Assembly: GCA_049287525.1 (NCBI GenBank)
Contig: JBAQFZ010000142.1
Span: 1-60,644 of the forward strand
Source: Halobacteriota archaeon
Lineage (GTDB): Archaea > Halobacteriota > Syntropharchaeia > Alkanophagales > Methanospirareceae
DNA length: 60,644 nucleotides
Direction: 5' to 3'
The position numbers were made by a program, and so were the translations under genes. Below the pieces are notes generated by a model. That model had not been told where the DNA came from and made no database searches. It worked only from the letters and a program-made list of their open reading frames with translations. This document shows positions 1-7,597 of this stretch, piece by piece (the stretch's first letter is position 1; each line of letters starts with the position of its first letter).

Positions 1-87
1 TATGAGGGTTTTGACTGTTTCCTTGTCACTAAAATCTATGCTTTCTGGATCCAGAGTTACTATCTCTTCAGGGATAGTGGTAGCCAT
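1..87 (-). CDS. Partial CDS: first 29 codons (MATTIPEEIVTLDPESIDFSDKETVKTLI) of a gene that runs off the left edge
   Basis: ATG at 85-87 on the minus strand, open to the window edge. A TATA-like CTTTATAAGG lies about 30 nt upstream. Too short for a family call. Confidence 0.25.
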   Translation of the reverse strand, partial: MATTIPEEIVTLDPESIDFSDKETVKTLI

Positions 88-205
88 AATAAATACGCAT
101 TTGAAATATCGCCTTATAAAGCTTTCGATTTTTATTTTAAAACCCACTGGGTATTGAGCAATTACGGAACATGCTATAAGGGACTGAGTTCATGAGGTAA
201 GAGAA

Positions 206-424
206 ATGGCGATAGAACTATCGGGCAGCACAAAAAAGGTGTACGATGCGATGTTAAAGAAAGGTGCGACAAGCGAGGGAAAAGCAAAAGGGATGGAGGA
301 TATTGTAAGAGAAGCGAAAATCCCGAAGGGTGCGGTTGCGAACAGCATAAACGAGCTGATAAAGAAGAAACTTGTGAAGAGGAAAGCGGGAGAAAAGACT
401 GCAAAATACTACATAACTGGATGA
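206..424 (+). CDS. Small winged-helix/HTH-like DNA-binding protein (72 aa)
   Basis: Lys-rich 72-aa ORF. The pattern DIVREAKIPKGAVANSINELIKKKLVKRK...KYYI resembles a recognition helix plus wing. GAGA-rich RBS upstream. Confidence 0.5.
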   Translation: MAIELSGSTKKVYDAMLKKGATSEGKAKGMEDIVREAKIPKGAVANSINELIKKKLVKRKAGEKTAKYYITG

Positions 425-449
425 GATTCAAAGCGGAGAAATATCTGGT

Positions 450-647
450 CTACTCGCTATTTTTCGCCATTGCATATCGCTCTGTGATAAAAGCCCTCTT
501 CGCTTTGTATTTTACTTTCGCTTCATCATAGCCGTATTCATCCACGAGTTTCGCGAGTAATCGCTCTTTGCTTCCCCCGTTCAGCGCTAAATCGGCCAGC
601 ACTGCTTTCACTACCTTCTCCTTCGCATCGGCGCTTTTCTCGCTCAT
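450..647 (-). CDS. Hypothetical small helical protein (65 aa)
   Basis: Clean ORF convergent with 206-424. No recognisable motif. Confidence 0.35.
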   Translation of the reverse strand: MSEKSADAKEKVVKAVLADLALNGGSKERLLAKLVDEYGYDEAKVKYKAKRAFITERYAMAKNSE

Positions 648-776
648 CTTACGCTTACCTCAGGTACAACTGATATATCTATTCCTGTTAGATTAAATAA
701 GTAAAGTTTAACTATCGCGGGCTTTTTAGATACTGTCAGTACAGATTTGCCTCTGTAAATGGAGGACGAGAAATAG

Positions 777-1325
777 ATGGAAATAACAATAACAGTGCTG
801 AGGTTAGGACACCGTCCAGAGAGAGACAAACGAATAACCACGCATGTCGGATTAGTAGGACGCGCATTAGGAGCAAAAGGCATGCTACTCGCTTCGGCGG
901 ATAAAGGCATAGAGCGAAGTATAAGAGAAGTGACGAGGCGATGGGGTGGCGACTTCTTTGTTAAGAACGGCGTCAAATGGCGTGACGAGATAACTACCTG
1001 GAAGCAGGAAGGCGGGAAAGTGTGTCACCTGACGATGTACGGTGAGAACATCCTCGACGTGATAGATGAAATAAGAAACAACACGACCCGTATAATGGTA
1101 ATAGTAGGAGCGGGGAAGGTACCTCATGATGTGTTCGACACTGCGGACTGGAACATCGCCGTGGGTAATCAGCCGCATTCAGAAATAGCTGCTCTAGCTT
1201 TATTCCTCAACTATTTGCAACAGGGTAAAGAGCTAAAAGCGGAATTCAAGCATGCGAACCTGGAAATAGTGCCAAAGAGACGAGGTAAAGAGATGAAAAA
1301 GAAAGCCAATACAGAACTTTACTGA
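777..1325 (+). CDS. trm56: tRNA (cytidine56-2'-O)-methyltransferase aTrm56 (SPOUT family)
   Basis: Motifs LRLGHRPERDKRITTHV, HLTMYG and GNQPHSEIAALA are characteristic of archaeal aTrm56. Length is 182 aa. Confidence 0.9.
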   Translation: MEITITVLRLGHRPERDKRITTHVGLVGRALGAKGMLLASADKGIERSIREVTRRWGGDFFVKNGVKWRDEITTWKQEGGKVCHLTMYGENILDVIDEIRNNTTRIMVIVGAGKVPHDVFDTADWNIAVGNQPHSEIAALALFLNYLQQGKELKAEFKHANLEIVPKRRGKEMKKKANTELY

Positions 1326-1437
1326 ACGGGTGTAAGAATTTAGGTTATGGCGGGTCCTCGATGGTGTCACGGAATGGAACTATGCTATCTACCCAACGTC
1401 ATGAACCTCGCACACTTATTCTGTAACGTCCCCTCAG

Positions 1438-1473
1438 CTTTTTATGTGAGGAAACTACTTTGGTGTTTAGAGG
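1438..1473 (+). promoter_or_regulatory. Copy A of a conserved promoter-proximal motif (core TGAGGAAACTACTTTGG at 1447-1463)
   Basis: CTTTTTATGTGAGGAAACTACTTTGGTGTTTAGAGG ends 19 nt before the ATG at 1492. The same 17-mer occurs at 5385-5401 and 35404-35420. Confidence 0.6.
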
Positions 1474-1491
1474 ATAGCGTATTCAAAAACG

Positions 1492-2394
1492 ATGCCGGGA
1501 CCAATAAGGGTTTTGCATGTGGAAGACGAGAAGGGTGCTCGAGATGTAACAAGGTTGTTCCTGGAAAAGAAGGGTCATAACGTTTATAAAATCACACAGG
1601 CATTATCAGCGGAGCAGGGATTGGAGAAGGTGGAAAACGCTGAGTTTGACGTCATAGTCTCTGATTACAAGATGTCGGGGATGGATGGACTCGAATTTCT
1701 GAAAGAGTTGAGGAACAGAGGAAACGACACACCGTTTATTCTATTCACGGGAAAAGGCGAAGAGAAAGTGGCGATAGAGGCATTAAATAAAGGAGCGAAC
1801 AGATATATCAAGAAGCAGGGACGTCCAGATGTTCTATTTGATACGCTGGGGCGCTATATTCAAGAGGTGCTAGTTGAGAGGCGAGAAGCGCAGGAAGATT
1901 ATCGTGTCGCATCTCCACCTCTTAAAGGGAGGGAAGTAAAGGGGGGGAAGGAGATAAAATCTTTTGAGTCCCTTCCACCTGAGTCTGACTTCAAACTCTC
2001 TGCGGAACTGGATAAGGATACATACATGCCTGGTGAGGAGCTGATGTGCAGTGTAAAACTGTTAGTTCCGGAAGATATTTCGGGTCGCATGGAGGAGCGG
2101 CCGAAAGTGATATTCCAGTTATTCTTAGATGATGAACTTCTGGAAACACGGGAGAGGCGGGTGTTGGTTTCGGGGCGAGATCACGTTGAGGAGTTCCGAA
2201 TAATCCTTGATACCACAGGCTCCGCACTCATAGTTGTATCTACACTGGGGCACACCGTCAAACTTCCTTTTAAGATAAAGGATGATTTTTCCGACGTTGG
2301 TACGTTATCTACGGACCTGGAGAATATGTTGAAGGAGGAAGGTCTTGAACATCTCATTGTCCAGAAGCAGCGTGGAGAAAAGAGGAAGAGGTAG
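1492..2394 (+). CDS. Response regulator: N-terminal CheY-like receiver plus an uncharacterised C-terminal domain of about 160 aa
   Basis: REC hallmarks are VLHVEDE, DVIVSDYKMSGMDGLEFL and PFILFTGKG..ALNKGA. The C-terminal half has no motif I recognise. Confidence 0.8.
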   Translation: MPGPIRVLHVEDEKGARDVTRLFLEKKGHNVYKITQALSAEQGLEKVENAEFDVIVSDYKMSGMDGLEFLKELRNRGNDTPFILFTGKGEEKVAIEALNKGANRYIKKQGRPDVLFDTLGRYIQEVLVERREAQEDYRVASPPLKGREVKGGKEIKSFESLPPESDFKLSAELDKDTYMPGEELMCSVKLLVPEDISGRMEERPKVIFQLFLDDELLETRERRVLVSGRDHVEEFRIILDTTGSALIVVSTLGHTVKLPFKIKDDFSDVGTLSTDLENMLKEEGLEHLIVQKQRGEKRKR

Positions 2395-2410
2395 GAGGGA
2401 GAAGAAAGGT

Positions 2411-2614
2411 TCAGTCGAAGAATCCTTCCTTCTTCATATCTGTCAGCCACTCGATGTCCCGCTCCAGTTGCTCGAGTTCTTCTTCGGTTACCTCGCCTTG
2501 CGACTGCAACATCTCAAATTCTGACCTTAACATCATTAATTTCAGGTATAAAAACCCGATAATAACCCAGGATATTACAAGGGCACCATACAAGATTGGA
2601 CCTGGTACACTCAT
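2411..2614 (-). CDS. Small membrane protein: N-terminal TM helix plus an acidic coiled-coil tail (67 aa)
   Basis: Starts 4 nt after the minD stop, so it is probably co-transcribed. The hydrophobic stretch ILYGALVISWVIIGFLYL is followed by an E/L-rich tail. Confidence 0.5.
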   Translation of the reverse strand: MSVPGPILYGALVISWVIIGFLYLKLMMLRSEFEMLQSQGEVTEEELEQLERDIEWLTDMKKEGFFD

Positions 2615-2618
2615 GCCT

Positions 2619-3407
2619 TCATGCCTTCACCCCCAAAGACTTCAGAAGCCGGCTTATAAAACCTGACCTACTCGCTTCCTTCTCAACTACGTCTAACGGG
2701 CCAATATTTGCGAGTTTTCTGGCAACGGCTTTAAATTGCTTTGCCGCCGGAGAGCCTGGTTCTCTTACAACAACCGGAACTTTAAGTGCCGCGGATTTCA
2801 TTACACTTCGGTCGTTAGGTATCACGCTTATAATCGGTACTTCAAGCAGTTCTGCTATCCTGCTCGCACTAAGCTCACTTTTCATGCCCATCACTCTATT
2901 AATGATTGCACCTTTCACCCTTCTACCTACAATGTCAGTTATAAGCTTGGTCTTCAGAGCATCTGTGATGGAAGGGAGTTCGGGATTGACGATAAGAACG
3001 ACTTCATCAGAGACCGCAAGAGGAATCACCGATTCTTTGCTGATACCCGCAGGTGCATCTATCAGTATGAACTCGTACTCGTAAACAATCTGACCCATGA
3101 CACCCCGCAATTTCTCCGGGTCTGCCTGCCGGAATCCTTTAATTGAAATACCACTGGGAAGCACGTCCATGCCATAAGAGGTGTGAGTGATAGCGTCGTG
3201 AATATCTGCTTTGCCTGCGAGGACATCATGCAGCGAAAATTGCTTCCTGGTGTCAAGAATAACCATCAGATTAAGATTTGCCATCCCGATATCACAATCC
3301 ATAACGAGCGTTTTCTGCCCTAATGCAGAAAGTGCAGCACCAATGTTCACCGTAGAGACGGTCTTTCCTACTCCGCCTTTTCCCGATGCTATCGTGTAAA
3401 CAGTCAT
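2619..3407 (-). CDS. minD: MinD/ParA-family P-loop ATPase
   Basis: Deviant Walker A SGKGGVGKT, plus the DCD and IDAPAG motifs. The start is placed at MTVYTIASGKGG; the ORF could extend to 3431. Confidence 0.85.
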   Translation of the reverse strand: MTVYTIASGKGGVGKTVSTVNIGAALSALGQKTLVMDCDIGMANLNLMVILDTRKQFSLHDVLAGKADIHDAITHTSYGMDVLPSGISIKGFRQADPEKLRGVMGQIVYEYEFILIDAPAGISKESVIPLAVSDEVVLIVNPELPSITDALKTKLITDIVGRRVKGAIINRVMGMKSELSASRIAELLEVPIISVIPNDRSVMKSAALKVPVVVREPGSPAAKQFKAVARKLANIGPLDVVEKEASRSGFISRLLKSLGVKA

Positions 3408-3679
3408 TTTTGCAATGATGATGAAACACACAAGGAATTAGCCGCTATAAATATTCTTGCATCTACATTAAAAAAATGGTCAATGATTGATTTAGTTTTG
3501 ATGTCGTGGTCAATTTTTTGGGATACATGTGAAATCCTTATATATTTGTCTAATATTCTCATAGCTGTTGATATGTTTCCATTACTCAGAAGAAGAAAAA
3601 AGGTACGTGGATTGTCTGCACTTCTTAATGGCAACTTAGAGACCTTAAGGCGAGATGAAACGCCTGGTGAGATACATGC

Positions 3680-5326
3680 ATGCCTCTGAACACGCGAGAT
3701 AAAGAATCAAAAGCATTCTCAGGTAAAGTTGAACGCCGGGGAGTAGCGGTAGATGAAGAAGAGGATAGTGATGCGAGCTTACTTTCTCTCCTGGACGTGA
3801 AGAGCGAAGAGCTCAGATATTCTTTGCATACCGAGGAGCAGCATTCCGAGAGGTGCCTGTATAGTTTCCTGAGGTGTGTAGAAGCAGATATTGGTGAATA
3901 TCCAATCCCGGATGGTTACACCGCGTTAGAGCGATACTTTGTAGATGAACCGTATGCACTTATCAGCATTTTGTACAGCAAAGAACAGGATAAGTATTTG
4001 TATCACGTCTCGGAGCCAAAACTGAGAGAAGAGGAGCAGTCGCTTTTCGTGGATATACGAGAAAAGCTCAGGGCTATGCAATTTCTCAATGCGCTACAAG
4101 GTGGTAAGGAGGATAGTAAAGAAAGAGTAAAGAGAAAGATAGAAGAGGTACTGCGCAGCTCTAAGGTTGTACCAGAGGCCGACTCGTTCAAGAAGATATG
4201 TTATTACCTCGTCAGAGATTTCGCAGATTTTGGTAGGATATACGCACCGATGCGCGATAAGCTCGCGGTGGAGATATCTTGCGTTGGATATAACGTCTTT
4301 GTCTATCACCGGAAATATGGGTACATGGCGACAAATATGGTACTTAACGAGGTAGAGTTCGAGTCGGTAGCATACAAAGCAGAGCAAGCACATCTGGCAC
4401 TGTACGTAGCTGATAAAATAGCGACTGCGGGGCGCGGATTTACGATAAAGAGGAGCCACGAAGTTATTATATCCCCTGTGGACATGATTCGCTGGGGAAC
4501 ATTCAGTGCTCTGGAGATGGCATATCTATGGCTATGCGTGGAGAATAGAAGAAGCATTTTAGTCATGGGTCTGACTGCTTCTGGACGGACTGCTGCACTG
4601 AATGCCATCGCGCATTTTATACCGCAGACCGCGAATATTTTAAGCATAGAGGAAACAAGAGAGCTAAATTTACGTCAGAAGCATTGGATTGCCAGTGTAA
4701 CTAAAGTTTCCTTTGGCAATAGCAAAAGGGACAGGCTGGATATGTATGACCTTTTATCAAAATTGGTGTTAAGTGATGAGGTGCTAAAAGTACCGCTGGA
4801 ATACTTACTTATAGGCGAGTTACGTGGAAAAGAAGCAGCACCTTTTTTCCGCGCTATCTCCTCCGGGTACACTGCGTTCACTACTTTTCAAGCAGACACA
4901 ATAGATGCAGTAATCCCACGACTGGAATCGCCACCGTTTAACGTCCCTCATTTCTTGCTGGAATCGCTGGACGTAATCGTCAACCAGGCACGGGTGTTTA
5001 TAGGGGACAAAATAGAGAGAAGGAATCTTGCAATTGCCGAATACTCAGGAATGGACGGCACAACGGATAAGCAGAAGACGCGGGTGATTTTCAAGAGGAA
5101 CGCGGTTCAAGACACGTTTGTCTGCTCTTTAACTTCATCAAAGGTCATGAAGGCGATAGCTGAAGCCAACTGCTGGTACGGAAAACGGCTTGAGCAGGAA
5201 TTGAAGGGCAGGATAAAGCTGCTTGAGTTCATGGTGGCGAGAGGATTTACATACCGGGAGTTCATTTCAATCATCCGTGATTTTCAGGCAAGTCCCGGAA
5301 AGGTGAAGCGAATGTTTGGAATATAA
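3680..5326 (+). CDS. FlaI/VirB11/GspE-family (T2SSE) secretion-ATPase homolog with degenerate catalytic motifs
   Basis: Family signature AYLWLCVENRRSILVMGLTASGRTAALNA...SIEETRELNL...LLIGELRGKEA...SSGYTAFTTFQAD. Walker A has R in place of K, and the His-box TGH is SGY. Confidence 0.8.
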   Translation: MPLNTRDKESKAFSGKVERRGVAVDEEEDSDASLLSLLDVKSEELRYSLHTEEQHSERCLYSFLRCVEADIGEYPIPDGYTALERYFVDEPYALISILYSKEQDKYLYHVSEPKLREEEQSLFVDIREKLRAMQFLNALQGGKEDSKERVKRKIEEVLRSSKVVPEADSFKKICYYLVRDFADFGRIYAPMRDKLAVEISCVGYNVFVYHRKYGYMATNMVLNEVEFESVAYKAEQAHLALYVADKIATAGRGFTIKRSHEVIISPVDMIRWGTFSALEMAYLWLCVENRRSILVMGLTASGRTAALNAIAHFIPQTANILSIEETRELNLRQKHWIASVTKVSFGNSKRDRLDMYDLLSKLVLSDEVLKVPLEYLLIGELRGKEAAPFFRAISSGYTAFTTFQADTIDAVIPRLESPPFNVPHFLLESLDVIVNQARVFIGDKIERRNLAIAEYSGMDGTTDKQKTRVIFKRNAVQDTFVCSLTSSKVMKAIAEANCWYGKRLEQELKGRIKLLEFMVARGFTYREFISIIRDFQASPGKVKRMFGI

Positions 5327-5375
5327 CGGTGGTATTGGTATAACTGCTGCAAGGACCAAGTTATTTAAGTTATTT

Positions 5376-5410
5376 TTATTTATATGAGGAAACTACTTTG
5401 GTCTTTTGAG
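5376..5410 (+). promoter_or_regulatory. Copy B of the conserved promoter-proximal motif (core at 5385-5401)
   Basis: TTTATTTATATGAGGAAACTACTTTGGTCTTTTGAG lies upstream of rtcB. Confidence 0.6.
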
Positions 5411-5484
5411 TTATATGAACGCAAAAGTCTTTAACTTCTTGTTTATTAGAACGAAATGGATAATGCAAAAGGGGTTGTTCAAAG

Positions 5485-6993
5485 ATGGAAATTCCACTTA
5501 AAAAGGTACGGGAAGATGTATGGGAAGTGCCACAGTCGTATAAGGACTACATGAGGGCACCCGCGCGGATATACGCTGCGGAAGAGCTGTTAACAAAGAT
5601 GAAGAACGACCTGACGCTACAACAAACAATAAATATCGCTTCGCTACCCGGAATAGAGAAATACTCGCTGGTTATGCCCGATGGTCACCAGGGTTATGGT
5701 TTTCCAATTGGTGGCGTTGCCGCTACGAACTTTGAGGAAGGCGTTGTATCGCCAGGCGGTGTCGGTTACGACATAAACTGTGGCGTGAGGCTTATCCGCA
5801 CCAATCTAAGGGAAGAGGAAGTCCGACCACATCTGTCTGAGATATTGGACCGCTTATTTGAGTATATCCCTGCTGGACTTGGACTCTCAGGAAAAGTGAC
5901 CTTGTCGTTTAACCAGTTAGATGAAGTGCTCCGGGGCGGCACGGAATGGTGCGTTGAGAACGGCTATGGCTGGCAGGAAGATATAGAGCATACGGAAGAG
6001 AACGGCAGATTAAAAGCAGCAAATCCGGATAAGGTAGACGAGAAGTCGAAGAAGCGGGGTACGCCACAGCTCGGCACGCTCGGTTCAGGGAACCACTTTT
6101 TGGAAGTGCAGGTAGTAGATGAGATTTTTGATGCACCGCTTGCGAAGGCATTTGGAATAGAAGAGCCGGGTCAGGTGGCTGTTTTAGTTCATACCGGTGG
6201 TAGAGGTTTCTCGCATGGTGTTTGCGCATTTTATCTGCGTAGTTTTGAACGCGAGATGAAGAAAGATGCGACATTATCTCAGATACTCAATTTAGAGCGA
6301 GAATTGGCATGTGCGTATTTGAAGAGTGATGCGGGCATGGATTATTGGGGAGCGATGTGTTCGTGTGCAAATTACGCCTTTGCGAACCGACAACTCGCAA
6401 CACACGGGGTAAGGACAGTATTTGAGGAGGTGTTTAGACGTAGCGCGGAGGATATGGATATACGACTGGTGTATGACATTGCACATAACATCGCGAAGGA
6501 AGAGGAGCACATAGTGGCTGGAAAGAAGAAGAAATTGTGTGTACACCGGAAAGGTGCAACCCGTGCATTCCCTACCGGTGATGAGCGATTACCGAGCCTT
6601 TATAGGGAGATAGGCCAGCCAGTATTGATCCCTGGTTCGATGGGCACACGCAGTTTCTTAGCTGTGGGTACGGATATAGCGAAGGAAGAGACTTTTGGTA
6701 GCTGCGCTCATGGTTCTGGCAGAGAGCTGAGCAGGACTGCGGCAATGCGTAAATACAGAGGTGGTGAAGTGCGGGAGGAGCTGGCTAAGCGAGGTATCAT
6801 GGTAAAAGCACGGGAACGCAGCAAGCGGGATGTACGGAGGAAGAAAGGGCTACAGTTTGATAAGTATGGCGAACTGGCAGAGGAAGTTGCCGCGGCTTAT
6901 AAAGACCCGGAGGTAGTGGTTCGAAGCTGTGAAGTGTCGGGTATAGCGCGAAAAGTAGCGGCGTTCCGGGCTATTGGTATTATAAAAGGGTGA
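5485..6993 (+). CDS. rtcB: RNA-splicing ligase RtcB
   Basis: Motifs MPDGHQGYGFPIGGVAA, GGVGYDINCGVRL, GSGNHFLE, HRKGATRA and SCAHGSGR. Length is 502 aa. Confidence 0.95.
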   Translation: MEIPLKKVREDVWEVPQSYKDYMRAPARIYAAEELLTKMKNDLTLQQTINIASLPGIEKYSLVMPDGHQGYGFPIGGVAATNFEEGVVSPGGVGYDINCGVRLIRTNLREEEVRPHLSEILDRLFEYIPAGLGLSGKVTLSFNQLDEVLRGGTEWCVENGYGWQEDIEHTEENGRLKAANPDKVDEKSKKRGTPQLGTLGSGNHFLEVQVVDEIFDAPLAKAFGIEEPGQVAVLVHTGGRGFSHGVCAFYLRSFEREMKKDATLSQILNLERELACAYLKSDAGMDYWGAMCSCANYAFANRQLATHGVRTVFEEVFRRSAEDMDIRLVYDIAHNIAKEEEHIVAGKKKKLCVHRKGATRAFPTGDERLPSLYREIGQPVLIPGSMGTRSFLAVGTDIAKEETFGSCAHGSGRELSRTAAMRKYRGGEVREELAKRGIMVKARERSKRDVRRKKGLQFDKYGELAEEVAAAYKDPEVVVRSCEVSGIARKVAAFRAIGIIKG

Positions 6994-7007
6994 GGCTATT
7001 TTTTCTA

Positions 7008-7535
7008 ATGCGAATAACATTAAGTGGTCTCCCCGGCAGTGGCACAACAACAGTTGCAAACTTACTATCGAAGGAGCTGTCACTGGAACTAATTTCTGCA
7101 GGTGCGGTGTTCCGTCAAATAGCATCGGAGAAGGGTTTATCGCTGGCTGAGTTCAGCGAGATAGCGGAGGATAATCACCATTTCGATCGGGAGATAGATG
7201 AGCGACAGCAAGAGGAAGCGCGTAAAAGGGCGAATGTGATTATAGAAGGCAGATTGTCCGGATTCTTCGTACCTGATGTGGATTTAAAAATATGGTTGAA
7301 AGCGCCACAGGAGATAAGGGTGAAACGGATTGCCGCCCGTGAGAACCTGACATACAACGAGGCTTTTTATGCAATGAAAGCCAGAGAACAGTCAGAATAT
7401 ACGCGATACGAACATTATTACGGGATAAAGCTGGACGACCTTTCTATTTACGACCTGGTGATTGATTCTTCACGATGGACCGAAAAAGATATAGTAGCGA
7501 TTATATTGCTCGCGGGAATGAGGTACAAACATTGA
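7008..7535 (+). CDS. cmk: Cytidylate kinase, archaeal type
   Basis: P-loop MRITLSGLPGSGTTT and the typical length. The alternative GTG start at 6990 overlaps the rtcB stop. Confidence 0.8.
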   Translation: MRITLSGLPGSGTTTVANLLSKELSLELISAGAVFRQIASEKGLSLAEFSEIAEDNHHFDREIDERQQEEARKRANVIIEGRLSGFFVPDVDLKIWLKAPQEIRVKRIAARENLTYNEAFYAMKAREQSEYTRYEHYYGIKLDDLSIYDLVIDSSRWTEKDIVAIILLAGMRYKH

Positions 7536-7597
7536 TATACCTGAGACATAAAGGAAGGTTGAAGAAGGTTTTCTAAAGTATAAATAAGTGATAAAAA

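Noticed and set aside
644-1178. Minus-strand ORFs (644-976 and 885-1178) opposite the aTrm56 gene.
   Set aside because: The + strand ORF has an unambiguous aTrm56 signature. The antisense ORFs have no motifs and an odd composition.
1347-1580. 77-aa + strand ORF spanning the conserved motif and the response-regulator start.
   Set aside because: It overlaps the well-supported REC gene in another frame and is Cys/Trp-rich with no RBS. The region is better explained as promoter/leader.
5485-6993. Checked RtcB for an intein or large insertion, which are common in archaeal RtcB genes.
   Set aside because: The length (502 aa) and the continuous conserved motifs leave no room for an intein. There is only a short Lys/Arg-rich insertion near the C-terminus.
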